Shown here: positions 62,365-62,770 of the stretch, piece after piece | How positions within the stretch are numbered: position 1 is the first letter of the stretch | How the letters are laid out: every line of letters starts with the position of its first letter | DNA from: an uncultured cyanobacterium | Lineage (GTDB): Bacteria; Cyanobacteriota; Vampirovibrionia; Gastranaerophilales; Gastranaerophilaceae | NCBI GenBank assembly: GCA_946545285.1 | Contig: CAMNNA010000001.1 | Location: 1-62,770 of the forward strand | Direction: 5' to 3' | Length of the DNA: 62,770 nt | The notes under the pieces: model-generated | Databases searched by the model: none | What the model was told of the DNA's origin: nothing | The model's input: only the letters and a program-made list of their open reading frames with translations | Position numbers and translations under genes: made by a program

Positions 62365-62597
62365 AAATTATTATTCTGCTACTGCTGCTTTTTTCTTGCA
62401 AAAATCATTATGTTACAATTTGAATATAATTGAATTATTATTAAGTTAGTTGACATGTTTAACACTAATTATAATAATTATAAATGCACTTTGAAAAAAC
62501 TAAGCACAGGGTAAAGGATGCTCTATTTCAAAAGGAATCCAACCGCCACACATAATTCTGACTTCGGGCTGATTCCCGACTAGAAAGGAGTCATAAT

Positions 62598-62678
62598 ATG
62601 GATAAATTCAATTTAACATTATTTTTAATTCTATTGATTTTAATCACATTAAAAAATGGCTCTTATCTCAAAAGATAA
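62598..62678 (+). CDS. 26-aa hydrophobic peptide, candidate type I toxin
   Basis: [33 protein letters not shown] lies 7 nt upstream of the ATG. One TM-length hydrophobic core with a basic C-terminus. Below the ORF-track length cutoff. Confidence 0.5.
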   Translation: MDKFNLTLFLILLILITLKNGSYLKR

Positions 62679-62732
62679 AAGCCATTCTGACTTCTACAGA
62701 GTATCCGGCAGCTTAGGAAACTGCCACCCTGT
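62650..62732 (-). ncRNA. candidate antisense sRNA (antitoxin) overlapping the 3' end of the small ORF
   Basis: Driven by the minus-strand promoter at 62739-62767. Ends at a 10-bp hairpin (62658-83) that is fully paired only in the minus-strand RNA (U.G wobble versus C/A mismatch on plus), followed by U6 (62651-56). Confidence 0.5.
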
Positions 62733-62738
62733 GTTTTT

Positions 62739-62767
62739 ATTATAACTTATTTCTTATAAAATTTCAA
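62739..62767 (-). promoter_or_regulatory. near-consensus sigma70 promoter on minus strand
   Basis: Minus strand reads TTGAAA (62767-62), 17-nt spacer, TATAAT (62744-39). Confidence 0.65.
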
Positions 62768-62770
62768 GTC

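Noticed and set aside
62450-62477. Plus-strand promoter for the small-ORF mRNA (TTGACA at 62450-55 with TATAAT 62470-75)
   Set aside because: The spacer is only 14 nt. TAATAA at a 16-nt spacing is weaker, and an extended -10 TGtTACAAT at 62411-19 is an alternative. The TSS cannot be assigned from sequence alone.

Overview
AT-rich (roughly 30% GC by eye), densely coding bacterial chromosomal window. Recognisable housekeeping genes are ligA, gltX, dxr, gap, recF, clpB, lgt, an agmatinase, folE2, ruvX, pnuC and an RpoD-like sigma factor. These are interleaved with four other groups. (i) A flagellar core cluster: fliE, fliF, a FliG-position gene, fliH, flhA. (ii) A type IV pilus neighbourhood: pilT plus four prepilin-type genes. 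(iii) Two-component signalling genes. (iv) Many lineage-specific orphans. Gene content and pilin leader style suggest a Melainabacteria-like or similar anaerobe lineage, but this is inference only. No CRISPR array, integrase, transposase or rRNA was seen. Five things deserve a second look. (1) A 1.5-kb ORF-free, GC-rich island surrounds the only tRNA, tRNA-Arg(ACG). Upstream are 161-bp tandem repeats that each carry the first 18 nt of the tRNA. Downstream are two units in which the last 24 nt of the tRNA are split in the T-loop by a ~97-nt insert whose closing stem covaries between the two copies. (2) A 1967-aa orphan protein carries papain-like Q/C and H/N-S-W-G motifs about 700 residues apart. 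(3) A six-gene minus-strand cluster combines two families of paralogous membrane proteins with a GH13 enzyme and a membrane-anchored thioredoxin. (4) A convergent small-ORF/antisense module at the right edge has the architecture of a par/Fst-type type I toxin-antitoxin. (5) An operon encodes stand-alone Clp accessory domains: a ClpX zinc finger alone and a 3x Clp_N protein without an ATPase. All functional calls rest on motifs read by eye. No database search was run.
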